From an uncultured candidate division Zixibacteria bacterium (GTDB taxonomy: Bacteria; Zixibacteria; MSB-5A5; RBG-16-43-9): 64,000 bases of DNA. The position numbers were made by a program, and so were the translations under genes. The stretch covers positions 1,440,001-1,504,000 of the forward strand of contig OY970208.1 of assembly GCA_963713865.1 (NCBI GenBank), written 5' to 3'. Positions 19,140 to 29,182 of the stretch are shown piece by piece (the stretch's first letter is position 1; each line of letters starts with the position of its first letter). Under the pieces are notes generated by a model, which ran no database searches, was not told where the DNA came from, and was given only the letters and a program-made list of their open reading frames with translations.

Positions 19140-21399
19140 CTATCTCAACAAAATCATCTTTCTGGTATCAGAGTAATCCCTGGTTTTCAACTGATAGAAA
19201 TATATTCCGCTTGCCACTTCTTTACCTGAATTGTCTTTCCCATCCCAGAATACCTGATAATATCCAAGCAGCCTTTCATCATCCACCAATGTTCTCACCA
19301 ACTGCCCCCGAATATTATAAATCTTCAATGTGGTATGGATGGGGCTATGAACTATGAGCTGTGAGCCATAAACCGTGAAGGGTATGGTGGTGTTGGGATT
19401 AAAAGGATTAGGATAGTTCTGGAAAAGCTCAAAAGAGTTAGGGATATTGTTCTGAACTGGTTCATCCGGCACGGAGGTGGGCACACCAAGATATGCTACC
19501 CCTCCAGAAGTAGCAAACCACTTGTTTCCTGAGCCATCTATGGCTATAGCATATACAAAATCATCAGGCAGTCCGCTGTTTATGGTGTTATAAGTAGTCC
19601 AGTTAGTCCCATCAAATTTACTCACCCCACTACCAAAAGACCCTAACCACTTATTATCTGAACCATCCACAATAACTGAATAAACATCATTAGAAGCCAA
19701 GCCACTGTTAGAGGTGTTATAAGTAGTCCAGTTGGTCCCATCAAATTTGCTTACACCATTCAAGGTCCCGAACCACTTATTATCTGAACCATCTACGACC
19801 ATAGACTGAACATACTTAGAAGCCAAGCCACTGTTAGAGGTGGTATAGGTAGTCCAGTTTGTCCCATCAAATTTGCTTACACCATTCCAGGTCCCGAACC
19901 AGATGTTTCCTGAACTATCTATGGCTATAGACCAAACATCATCGTAAACCAGAACCGCTATTGGATTCGTTGTATGTAGTCCAGTTTATCCCGTCAAACT
20001 TACTTACACCATCAGCAGTTCCGAACCATTTATTCACTGAGTCATCAATAACTATAGATCTTACCCAGTTTCTTACCAAACCGCTATTGGATTCGTTGAA
20101 AGTAGTCCAATTGATACCATCAAACTTACTTACCCCACTACCCCAAGTTCCGAACCATTTGTTCCCGGAATCATCTACTGCTATAGAGAAAACATCATTG
20201 GCAGCCAATCCGCTGTTAGAGGTGTTAAAAGTTTCCCAGTTTGTCCCATCGAACTTACTTACCCCGGATTCCCGGGTTCCGAACCACTTATTTCCTAAAC
20301 CATCTATGCTCATAGACCTGACAAAATTATCCACCAGACCATTGTAGCAATTATTATAAGTTGTCCAGTTGGTCCCATCGAATCTGCTCACCCCACTACC
20401 AAAAGTCCCGAACCATTTATTACCAGAAGTATCTGAAGTTATAAACCAGATAGAATCATTGGCTAAACCACTGTTGGAGGTGTTATAAGTAGTCCAATTG
20501 GTCCCGTCGAATTTGCTCACGCCAGAAAACCAGGTGCCAAACCACTTATTGTCCCATTTATCTATGGCCATAGAAAAAATCTCATTAGAAACCAGACCAC
20601 TGTTACCTGTATTATAGTTAGTCCAATTGGTTCCATCAAATTTGCTTATTCCAAAATCAAAAGTACCAACCCATTTGTTATCTGAACTGTCTATGGCAAT
20701 ATAAGTAACTGCATTTGAAATCAGTCCGCTATTTGACCGGTTATAGTTGGTCCAGTTGGTTCCATCAAATTTATCCACACCATAAGCGGCAAACCAGATA
20801 TTCCCATATCTATCTACGGCCATGGAAAAAACCCAGTCAGAAGAGAGCCCGCTGTTAGAGGTATCATAGGTAGTCCAGTTTGTCCCATCAAATTTGCTTA
20901 ATCCGCTTCCATAAGTCCCGAACCATTTGTTCCCTGAACTGTCTATAGCTATCGAAATAATATGATTATTAACCAGGCCGCTGTTAGAGGTGTTATAAGT
21001 AGTCCAGTTGGTCCCATCGAACTTGCTCACTCCACCAGCCGTAGTCCCGAACCACTTGTTACCTGAACCATCTACGGCTACAAAAAAGACAAAGTTAAAA
21101 GCCAAACCGCTGTTAGCATTGGTATAGTAAACAACGTCCGTTAAGGGATTGGTAATGCTCCTTTTTACCACACCTCCTGTGGTCCCCTGCCATAGATAAT
21201 CTCCTTCTATTGCTAAGCCATAAACAAGTCTGTCATTGGTGTAGCTTTTCCAGACCTCCTGGGCTCGGGCAATGTTTGTTAGAAAAAGGATTATAAGAAG
21301 GAGAAATGTGAATTTGAATAAAGACGGGAGGGGACAAGCCCCTCCCCTACAAAAAATCCTCTTTATATGCGATGGTATGATAATATTTAAGTTTCTCAT
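19140..21399 (-). pseudogene. Secreted beta-propeller (Reg_prop/PorZ-like repeat) protein with FlgD/T9SS-type CTD; +1 frameshift at about 19953
   Basis: ORFs 19939-21441 and 19140-19826 join into 752 aa if one base of AGCGGTTCTGG is removed (NSG-LVYDDVWSIAID...); span 2260 = 3n+1; paralog of 21742-23997. Could be a sequencing error. Confidence 0.8.
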
Positions 21400-21710
21400 C
21401 TTATTCTCTCCTCTTAAGGTTGAGAGCAATCGGTGTAACATAAGGAAGGTGCGGAACCTCCTTTGAAAAGATAGTTGATCAGGTAAACAGTATCGGCTAC
21501 GGAAACACGCTTATCACAGTTTGCATCTGCCATACCCATAACTGGAACAGGAGGAGGACCAAATTTAAAAAGATAATTAATAAGATAGGTTATATCGTTT
21601 ACATCGATTCGACTATCGTTATTAACATCCCCGTGACTTACCGCCACCAGAGCTCTAAAAGCATTAGCCCTGCCCCAGCCGTAGAATTTATCCCAGCAAA
21701 GAGTATCTTC
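20084..21710. repeat. Direct duplication copy A (copy B 22682-24308, offset 2598)
   Basis: 20084-21264 appears identical by eye to 22682-23862; scattered substitutions follow out to about 21710/24308. Confidence 0.9.
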
Positions 21711-21720
21711 CAGTTCTTCC
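21414..21720 (-). pseudogene. 3' remnant of an S8 peptidase-dockerin gene
   Basis: EDTLCWDKFYGWGRANAFRALVAVSHGDVNND...YLFKGGSAPSLCYTDCSQP matches the end of 24012-25754; no catalytic domain or credible start. Confidence 0.8.
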
Positions 21721-21741
21721 CACCTACACGTCTGCTAAAAA

Positions 21742-23997
21742 CTATCTCAACAAAATCATCTTTCTGGTATCAGAATAATCCCTGGTTTTTAATTGATAGA
21801 AATATATTCCGCTTGCCACTTCTTTGCCTGAGTTATCTTTCCCATCCCAGAATACTTGATAATATCCAGGCAGCCTTTCATCATCCACCAATGTTCTCAC
21901 CAACTGCCCCCGAATATTATAAATCTTCAAGGAGGTGTGGATGGGACTATGAACTATGAGCTGTGAGCCATAAACCGTGAAGGTTATGGTGGTTGTTGGA
22001 TTAAAAGGATTAGGATAGTTCTGGAAAAGCTCAAAAACAAGCGGGATATTTGGCTGTTCTTCTTCAGGCACGGAGGTAGGTGAACCAAGATAACCCACCC
22101 CATCTCCAGTGGCAAACCACTTGTTCCCTGAACCGTCTAAAACTATGGCGTCTATATAATCTCCTGGTAAGCCACTATTCCAGGTGTTATAAGTGGTCCA
22201 GTTAATTCCATCAAACTTACTCACTCCACTGCCAAAAGTCCCAAACCACTTATTACCTGAACCATCTATAGCCATACAGCTAATCTCGTTAGAAACCAGT
22301 CCACTGTTTGAAGTGGTATAATTTGTCCAGTTAGTATCATCAAACACGCTTACTCCACCATCAGTGCCGAACCACTTGTTATTTGAATAATCGACTATTA
22401 CGTAATAAACATCATCGTTAGCTAAACCACTATTTGTGGTATTATAAGTTGTCCAGTTTATCCCATCAAACTTGCTAACACCATCCCAGGTTGCAAACCA
22501 TTTATTATTTGAACTGTCTATGGCGATAGACCAAACCGCATCATAAATTAGCCCGCTATTGGAGTCATTATAAGTAGTCCAGTTTATTTCATCATACTTA
22601 CTTACACCACCCCAAGTCCCAAACCATTTGTTCCCCGAACCATCAACTACTATACTGGTGATAAAATCGTCAGCTAATCCACTATTGGATTCGTTGAAAG
22701 TAGTCCAATTGATACCATCAAACTTACTTACCCCACTACCCCAAGTTCCGAACCATTTGTTCCCGGAATCATCTACTGCTATAGAGAAAACATCATTGGC
22801 AGCCAATCCGCTGTTAGAGGTGTTAAAAGTTTCCCAGTTTGTCCCATCGAACTTACTTACCCCGGATTCCCGGGTTCCGAACCACTTATTTCCTAAACCA
22901 TCTATGCTCATAGACCTGACAAAATTATCCACCAGACCATTGTAGCAATTATTATAAGTTGTCCAGTTGGTCCCATCGAATCTGCTCACCCCACTACCAA
23001 AAGTCCCGAACCATTTATTACCAGAAGTATCTGAAGTTATAAACCAGATAGAATCATTGGCTAAACCACTGTTGGAGGTGTTATAAGTAGTCCAATTGGT
23101 CCCGTCGAATTTGCTCACGCCAGAAAACCAGGTGCCAAACCACTTATTGTCCCATTTATCTATGGCCATAGAAAAAATCTCATTAGAAACCAGACCACTG
23201 TTACCTGTATTATAGTTAGTCCAATTGGTTCCATCAAATTTGCTTATTCCAAAATCAAAAGTACCAACCCATTTGTTATCTGAACTGTCTATGGCAATAT
23301 AAGTAACTGCATTTGAAATCAGTCCGCTATTTGACCGGTTATAGTTGGTCCAGTTGGTTCCATCAAATTTATCCACACCATAAGCGGCAAACCAGATATT
23401 CCCATATCTATCTACGGCCATGGAAAAAACCCAGTCAGAAGAGAGCCCGCTGTTAGAGGTATCATAGGTAGTCCAGTTTGTCCCATCAAATTTGCTTAAT
23501 CCGCTTCCATAAGTCCCGAACCATTTGTTCCCTGAACTGTCTATAGCTATCGAAATAATATGATTATTAACCAGGCCGCTGTTAGAGGTGTTATAAGTAG
23601 TCCAGTTGGTCCCATCGAACTTGCTCACTCCACCAGCCGTAGTCCCGAACCACTTGTTACCTGAACCATCTACGGCTACAAAAAAGACAAAGTTAAAAGC
23701 CAAACCGCTGTTAGCATTGGTATAGTAAACAACGTCCGTTAAGGGATTGGTAATGCTCCTTTTTACCACACCTCCTGTGGTCCCCTGCCATAGATAATCT
23801 CCTTCTATTGCTAAGCCATAAACAAGTCTGTCATTGGTGTAGCTTTTCCAGACCTCCTGGGCCCGGGCAACGTCTGTTAGAAAAAGGACTATAAGAAGGA
23901 GAAATGTGAATTTGAATAAAGACGGGAGGGGGCAAGCCCCTCCCCTACAAAAAATCCTCTTTATATGCGATGGTATGATAATATTTAAGTTTCTCAT
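21742..23997 (-). CDS. Secreted beta-propeller repeat protein with FlgD/T9SS-type C-terminal domain
   Basis: About 13 repeats of about 44 aa (D.SGNKWFGT..GVSKFDGTNWTTYN..NSGL); LFQNYPNPFNP...WDGKD..G.EVASGIYFYQL...KMILLR; start ATG 23997 after GAGGAG. Confidence 0.88.
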   Translation of the reverse strand: MRNLNIIIPSHIKRIFCRGGACPLPSLFKFTFLLLIVLFLTDVARAQEVWKSYTNDRLVYGLAIEGDYLWQGTTGGVVKRSITNPLTDVVYYTNANSGLAFNFVFFVAVDGSGNKWFGTTAGGVSKFDGTNWTTYNTSNSGLVNNHIISIAIDSSGNKWFGTYGSGLSKFDGTNWTTYDTSNSGLSSDWVFSMAVDRYGNIWFAAYGVDKFDGTNWTNYNRSNSGLISNAVTYIAIDSSDNKWVGTFDFGISKFDGTNWTNYNTGNSGLVSNEIFSMAIDKWDNKWFGTWFSGVSKFDGTNWTTYNTSNSGLANDSIWFITSDTSGNKWFGTFGSGVSRFDGTNWTTYNNCYNGLVDNFVRSMSIDGLGNKWFGTRESGVSKFDGTNWETFNTSNSGLAANDVFSIAVDDSGNKWFGTWGSGVSKFDGINWTTFNESNSGLADDFITSIVVDGSGNKWFGTWGGVSKYDEINWTTYNDSNSGLIYDAVWSIAIDSSNNKWFATWDGVSKFDGINWTTYNTTNSGLANDDVYYVIVDYSNNKWFGTDGGVSVFDDTNWTNYTTSNSGLVSNEISCMAIDGSGNKWFGTFGSGVSKFDGINWTTYNTWNSGLPGDYIDAIVLDGSGNKWFATGDGVGYLGSPTSVPEEEQPNIPLVFELFQNYPNPFNPTTTITFTVYGSQLIVHSPIHTSLKIYNIRGQLVRTLVDDERLPGYYQVFWDGKDNSGKEVASGIYFYQLKTRDYSDTRKMILLR

Positions 23998-24308
23998 CTC
24001 ATTCTCTCCTCTTAAGGTTGAGAGCAATCGGTGTAACATAAGGAAGGTGCGGAACCTCCTTTGAAAAGATAGTTGATCAGGTAAACAGTATCGGCTACGG
24101 AAACACGCTTATCACAGTTTGCATCTGCCATATCCGAAACCGGAACAGGAGGAGGACCAAATTTAAAAAGATAATTAATAAGATAGGTTATATCGTTTAC
24201 ATCGATTCGACTATCGTTATTTACATCCCCGTGACTCACTGCCACCAGGGATTTGAAAGCATTAGCCCTGCCCCAGCCGTAAAATTCGTCAAAGCAGGGA
24301 GTATCCTC
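22682..24308. repeat. Direct duplication copy B
   Basis: Partner of 20084-21710. Confidence 0.9.
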
Positions 24309-25754
24309 AGGGTAGAGCGTATCTCCTTCCCAATAAGTGTGTCCAACCGTATCATCTGCTGTATGGCGCAAAACCTCATATACCTGTTCAGCAGTTAATA
24401 CCTCATTCGGTATCAATTTTTTTCGATGGGTAATTACTAAAGATGTTATACCAGAAACGAAAGCAGTTGAGGTTGAAGTTCCGCTTGTATAACCATAGGG
24501 CTGAATGGCTGTTACGATGTATGACCCGGGAGCGACCAAATCTATATGTGAACCGTAACTGCTCTCCCACCAACTAGTTAATTCTGTTACTCTATCGTCA
24601 TTCCAATTGGTGGCACCCACTGCCAGAGTTTTGGTAGAAGTGGCAGGATAGTAAGCGTGATATTTAGTTGGTTCTCCTCCATTCCCCATACCGGTAATAG
24701 TTACAATTCCTCCATTATAAGCGTATTCAAGGGCATCCTCTACTACCTGATCTGTACGTGGAAGAGGATACTTCATATCAATCAAACGGGCTAAAGATAT
24801 GTTTATCACCTTAGCCCCCATATTTGTGGCATAATAAATTGCTAGTGATACTGCCTTAGCTGTAATGGAAATATAGAGAGTATCATTTCTTACAATGTAA
24901 GTATCTACTTTAAGATTCATTAATTTACATTTCCAATTTATACCAGCGACATCTTGGCAGTAATTAGTTGAGTCTGTTTCTGAACCTATAATAGCCGCCA
25001 TCTCAGTACCGTGTAGAGAAAGATTTGGATCCACAAAAGGTGTGCTGTCTGCAAAATTCCATCCAAGGCTGTCATCAACGTAATTGTTGCCATCATCGTC
25101 TACACCAGGTAATCCATTCCTTTCTGCATAGTTAACCCAGATCCTGTTTTGAAGCTCTGACAGAAATCTGTCAATGCCTGAATCTACTATAGCCACAATC
25201 AGATTTGTATCCCCTTTCTCAATCTGCCAGGCCTCTGGGGCTTTTATATCCGCCCTTAGCTTTGTCTCAGGACCATCAGGACCAAAGGGATGCCCATCGT
25301 TATAAAGACCCCATTGGGAAAATTCATATTCGTCGGACCATCTAAAGAACCAATCGCACGGGTAAACCTCCAGCGGTCGTAGATACATATTGGGTTCTGC
25401 ATATTCTATATCAGTAAGATTTTTATAAGTTTCCACGGCGTTTAAAATGTCAGTTGTATCTGGCAAAGACAAAACATAAATTCTGCCCATGCCTATCTGA
25501 TTATACAGCTCAAGCTTCTGCGGGTCAAGGCCTGCAGAGCTGAAAATCTGCTCAATTGAAATAACACCAAATAATTGGTTCAGGCTGTCAATTGAAGAAA
25601 TGCCTGTATAACCTATGGTCTGCAAGTTCAAAGACTGAGTTGTTTTAATAATTAGCTTTCCTGGTTCAAAATCCATATTCGGCTCTTGGGCTAAGGTATA
25701 GTTGACTATAATCAAAAAAGCAAATACCGTCAATCCTAAAATAAATTTTTTCAT
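24012..25754 (-). CDS. Secreted S8 (subtilisin-like) peptidase with C-terminal dockerin-like domain
   Basis: Signal peptide; triad motifs AIVDSG, HGTEMA, SGTS; paired GDVNND/ADANCD...YLINYLF dockerin-like repeats. Confidence 0.9.
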   Translation of the reverse strand: MKKFILGLTVFAFLIIVNYTLAQEPNMDFEPGKLIIKTTQSLNLQTIGYTGISSIDSLNQLFGVISIEQIFSSAGLDPQKLELYNQIGMGRIYVLSLPDTTDILNAVETYKNLTDIEYAEPNMYLRPLEVYPCDWFFRWSDEYEFSQWGLYNDGHPFGPDGPETKLRADIKAPEAWQIEKGDTNLIVAIVDSGIDRFLSELQNRIWVNYAERNGLPGVDDDGNNYVDDSLGWNFADSTPFVDPNLSLHGTEMAAIIGSETDSTNYCQDVAGINWKCKLMNLKVDTYIVRNDTLYISITAKAVSLAIYYATNMGAKVINISLARLIDMKYPLPRTDQVVEDALEYAYNGGIVTITGMGNGGEPTKYHAYYPATSTKTLAVGATNWNDDRVTELTSWWESSYGSHIDLVAPGSYIVTAIQPYGYTSGTSTSTAFVSGITSLVITHRKKLIPNEVLTAEQVYEVLRHTADDTVGHTYWEGDTLYPEDTPCFDEFYGWGRANAFKSLVAVSHGDVNNDSRIDVNDITYLINYLFKFGPPPVPVSDMADANCDKRVSVADTVYLINYLFKGGSAPSLCYTDCSQP

Positions 25755-25802
25755 CTTACACCCCGTTATTTTATAGATAAATATTTTTATTAGCCTCTAT
25801 TT

Positions 25803-25850
25803 AAAAAATAAAAACACCCAGCTCTCCTATTAATAACAGAAGAGCTGGGT
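25803..25850 (-). terminator. Intrinsic terminator within the 5' leader of the S8 peptidase gene
   Basis: ACCCAGCTCT/AGAGCTGGGT 10-bp stem followed by T runs on the minus strand, about 50 nt before ATG 25754. Confidence 0.7.
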
Positions 25851-25951
25851 TAACCATATAAACTTTCGGCAATCGCTATCTCGAGAGAGATATAGAGAAT
25901 TTCTCGAAAACATAATAGCCCTCTTATCAAAAAAGATTGATTTCCTCTTTA

Positions 25952-25980
25952 AATTTAAACTACTAAAATCTTGTTGTCAA
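25952..25980 (-). promoter_or_regulatory. sigma70 promoter for the S8 peptidase leader
   Basis: TTGACA (25980-25975), 17 nt, TAAATT (25957-25952). Confidence 0.6.
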
Positions 25981-26218
25981 GCTTTTTTGTATAAATTAAT
26001 TTTAAATAACAAATAGCAGAGATCTATCCGCTTTTTAGTAGGGCAAACCATTTCATTATGTAAATAATCATTTTATTATTCATAAACTCCAACAAAACAA
26101 AGATAGTTGATGTAATATATTTTCACAGGCTCAGGCGTCTGCCTGGGTCTTCTTGTTTTGTTGGACAGAGGAGATTTTTCTTGACAAACAGGGTTAAATT
26201 TTTTATTTAATTCAGACT

Positions 26219-26743
26219 ATGAAGATAGATTTGAGATCGCTGAGGGATGAAGTTAACTATTTAGAGCTGGAAGAATCACCATCCCCTTCAGGCGGATTGA
26301 AGCTTGAGGCCGAGGGAGCGGAGTTCTCCTGCCCGGTGAAGTTGAATTTGAAATTATTGAAATCCGGGAAGAATTATATAGGGAAAGGCGAAATCGAAAC
26401 TAAAATCAGCTTAGAATGTTCCCGTTGTCTAAAAAAATTCACTCAAATCCTTAAATCGGAAATCAGATTTCTCCTCAAAGAGGAAAAAGACCAGCTGGTA
26501 CTGGAATCAGATGATAGGGAAAATCAGGTTCAACCCGGAAGTTTTTTCAGGTTAGATGATCTGGTAAGGGAAAGTTTAATACTCGCCCTGCCTTTTAAGC
26601 CATTATGTGCTGAGGATTGTAAAGGGCTTTGTCCGGTTTGCGGTATCGATTTGAATCTGTCAACCTGTAAGTGTAAAAAGGATTTAATCGATCCCCGCTG
26701 GGAGAAGCTGAAGGATCTGAAATTGGGGGGAAAGAATAAGTAA
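26219..26743 (+). CDS. yceD: DUF177/YceD family protein
   Basis: CSRCL, PLCAEDCKGLCPVCG.DLN...C.C, DPRW; directly upstream of rpmF. Confidence 0.92.
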   Translation: MKIDLRSLRDEVNYLELEESPSPSGGLKLEAEGAEFSCPVKLNLKLLKSGKNYIGKGEIETKISLECSRCLKKFTQILKSEIRFLLKEEKDQLVLESDDRENQVQPGSFFRLDDLVRESLILALPFKPLCAEDCKGLCPVCGIDLNLSTCKCKKDLIDPRWEKLKDLKLGGKNK

Positions 26744-26815
26744 AAGAGTAAGAAGTAAAACATAAGATGTGAGAAGAAAGAAGAAAAATAGATAAAAGAT
26801 AATTGAGGAGAAAAA

Positions 26816-26998
26816 ATGCCACTTCCTAAAAGAAGACATTCCAAAGCCAGGGGAGCCAAGAGAAGAACCCACTGGAAACTTGATACCCCGAATGTTACCA
26901 GATGCTCTCATTGTCATCAGCCTAAACTCCCTCATCATATCTGCCCTAATTGCGGGTATTACGATGGGAAAGAGATTATAACCATTGAGGAGACCTAA
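26816..26998 (+). CDS. rpmF: 50S ribosomal protein L32
   Basis: MPLPKRRHSKAR..KRRTH, CSHC...PHHICPNCGYYDG. Confidence 0.97.
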   Translation: MPLPKRRHSKARGAKRRTHWKLDTPNVTRCSHCHQPKLPHHICPNCGYYDGKEIITIEET

Positions 26999-27064
26999 AC
27001 CTTTTTAAGTAGTTCAGTCTTAAATATTGCATAAGGACTTGTCTTTAGCAGGGAGGAGTAAATT

Positions 27065-28096
27065 TTGATCCGGATTGCCTTAGATGCTATGGGTGGCGAT
27101 TATGCACCTCAGTCTATAGTCGAAGGTGCCTATTTAGCCTTTTCCGAATTTGGACCCAGAGGAAAGAAAAGCAGGGAAGATTTTCAAATCACCCTGATTG
27201 GAGAAGAGGATAAAATAAATAAGGAACTTTCCCGGCTGAATTTGCAGAACTCTTTTTTCACCATAGAAAAGGCTACAGAATATATAGGGATGGAAGAACA
27301 TCCCACTGATACGATTAAGAAAAAAAATTCATCTCTTACCGTGGGAACTAGATTACAGAAAGAGAAAAAGGTGGATGCTTTTATCTCCAGCGGGAATACA
27401 GGAGCGGTGATGGCTACCTCCCTTTTGACCTTAGGTCGATTAGAAGGGGTTAGCCGGCCAGCTATTGCTACCTGTTTGCCAACGGAGAAAGGAGTGGCGA
27501 TCATTTTGGATGTTGGGGCTAATGCTGAATGTAAAGCTATAAATCTTTATCAGTTTGGAATAATGGGGGGTATTTATGCATCCCATATTCTAAGAAAGGA
27601 ATCGCCTAAGGTTGGGCTTCTCTCTATTGGCGAGGAAAGCACCAAAGGGAATGAGTTAGTATTTGAAGCCTATAAGCTTCTGGAGAAGGGTCCGGTTAAT
27701 TTCGTGGGGAATGTAGAGGGAACCGATCTGTTGAAGGGAACCTGTGATGTGGTGGTAACAGATGGATTTGTGGGTAATATAGTTTTGAAACTCACAGAAA
27801 GTATTGACGGATTTTTAACCTCTCTGGTTCATAAAAGGGTTAAACAGAGTTTGCTTTTCAGGTTGGGTGCTTTTCTTTTAAAAATCTCCATCCGGGATTT
27901 AAGAAAGGTTTTAGATTATGCCGAGTATGGTGGGGCTCCTCTTTTAGGATTGAATGGTGTGTGTATTATCTGTCATGGCAAGTCTTCTCCCAAAGCGATC
28001 AAGAATGCCATAAAGGTTGGCATAGATATGGTTAAGGAGAAAGTAAATGAGCTAATTCAGGAGAAACTTTCTAATAATAATTTAATCAAGGGATAA
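27065..28096 (+). CDS. plsX: Phosphate acyltransferase PlsX
   Basis: IALDAMGGDYAP, SGNTGA, LDVGAN, TDGFVGN, GGAPLLG, HGKS. Confidence 0.97.
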   Translation: MIRIALDAMGGDYAPQSIVEGAYLAFSEFGPRGKKSREDFQITLIGEEDKINKELSRLNLQNSFFTIEKATEYIGMEEHPTDTIKKKNSSLTVGTRLQKEKKVDAFISSGNTGAVMATSLLTLGRLEGVSRPAIATCLPTEKGVAIILDVGANAECKAINLYQFGIMGGIYASHILRKESPKVGLLSIGEESTKGNELVFEAYKLLEKGPVNFVGNVEGTDLLKGTCDVVVTDGFVGNIVLKLTESIDGFLTSLVHKRVKQSLLFRLGAFLLKISIRDLRKVLDYAEYGGAPLLGLNGVCIICHGKSSPKAIKNAIKVGIDMVKEKVNELIQEKLSNNNLIKG

Positions 28097-28098
28097 AG

Positions 28099-29112
28099 AT
28101 GTTAGAAAAAAAAATTACAGGGCAAAATAAATATAATGCGGTTATTACTGGAACAGGTTCCTCTGTCCCTGAAAGGATTTTAACAAATGCAGATTTAGAG
28201 AAGATAGTGGAAACCTCAGATGAATGGATAACTAGCCGCACCGGGATTAAAGAAAGGAGGATTGCAGATAAAGATACGGCTGCCTCTGATTTATCTTTAC
28301 AAGCGTCAAGGCGAGCGATGGAAGAGGCTAAGGTAAAATCAGAGGAGATCGATTTGATCATTATTGGAACCGTTACTCCGGATTTCCTTTTGCCCTCAAC
28401 TGCCTGTATCATTCAAGATAAATTGAAAGCAAAAAATGCTGCAGTTATGGATATAGTTGCTGCCTGCAGTGGATTTATCTATGGGCTTTCGATTGCGCAG
28501 GCTTTTATCAATTCCGGAAAATATAAAACGATTTTGGTTATCGGAGTAGAAGTTTTAACAAGGATAACAAACTGGACTGACAGGAATACCTGTGTCCTTT
28601 TCGGAGATGGAGCTGGTGCGGCTATTGTTCAGAGTTCTGATGAAGAGAATAAGGGGTTTTTAGCCACCTACATCTCTGGAGATGGCTCCTTAGCTAATCT
28701 TTTACATATTCCGGTTGGCGGCACCAGGACCCCTTTGACTAAAGAAAATATCGATAGAGGGGACCAATATATCAAGATGGCAGGAAGTGAGGTGTTTAAA
28801 TCAGCGGTCAGGTCGATGGGGGATGCGGCTATGCGGGTCCTGAATGAGGCGGGAGTCTCATCGGACCAGGTTGATCTTTTGATTCCGCATCAAGCTAATA
28901 TCAGGATAATTGAGGCAACCGCTAAAAGGCTTAAAATACCTAAGGAAAAGGTTTTCGTGAATATAGCTAAATATGGGAATACTTCATCTGCTTCTATTCC
29001 TATTGCCTTAGATGAAGCTAGAAGAGCTGGCTTGATAAAACCAGGGAATATTACTCTTTTGGTAACCTTTGGTGGGGGATTTACCTGGGGTTCAGCGTTG
29101 ATCAGATGGTAA
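28099..29112 (+). CDS. fabH: 3-oxoacyl-ACP synthase III
   Basis: AACSGF, PHQAN, YGNTSSASIP catalytic motifs. Confidence 0.97.
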   Translation: MLEKKITGQNKYNAVITGTGSSVPERILTNADLEKIVETSDEWITSRTGIKERRIADKDTAASDLSLQASRRAMEEAKVKSEEIDLIIIGTVTPDFLLPSTACIIQDKLKAKNAAVMDIVAACSGFIYGLSIAQAFINSGKYKTILVIGVEVLTRITNWTDRNTCVLFGDGAGAAIVQSSDEENKGFLATYISGDGSLANLLHIPVGGTRTPLTKENIDRGDQYIKMAGSEVFKSAVRSMGDAAMRVLNEAGVSSDQVDLLIPHQANIRIIEATAKRLKIPKEKVFVNIAKYGNTSSASIPIALDEARRAGLIKPGNITLLVTFGGGFTWGSALIRW

Positions 29113-29182
29113 AAAGTAAGTAGCAGGCAGCTAGTAGCAAGGAGCTTAAAGAAAGAAGATAAAAACTGATTACGGGTAAAAA

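Noticed and set aside
21414-21647. Stand-alone 77-aa dockerin protein
   Set aside because: Homology to the S8 peptidase continues upstream of the called GTG, with no signal peptide or RBS; treated as a remnant.
19500-23720. About 130-bp periodic repeats as a CRISPR array
   Set aside because: They are degenerate in-frame beta-propeller blades; no constant repeat/spacer pattern and no cas genes.
20084-24308. Duplicated block plus Avd-like gene as a diversity-generating retroelement
   Set aside because: Several differences are A/G on the coding strand, but non-adenine changes also occur, the repeat is far longer than a TR/VR, and no reverse transcriptase is in the window.
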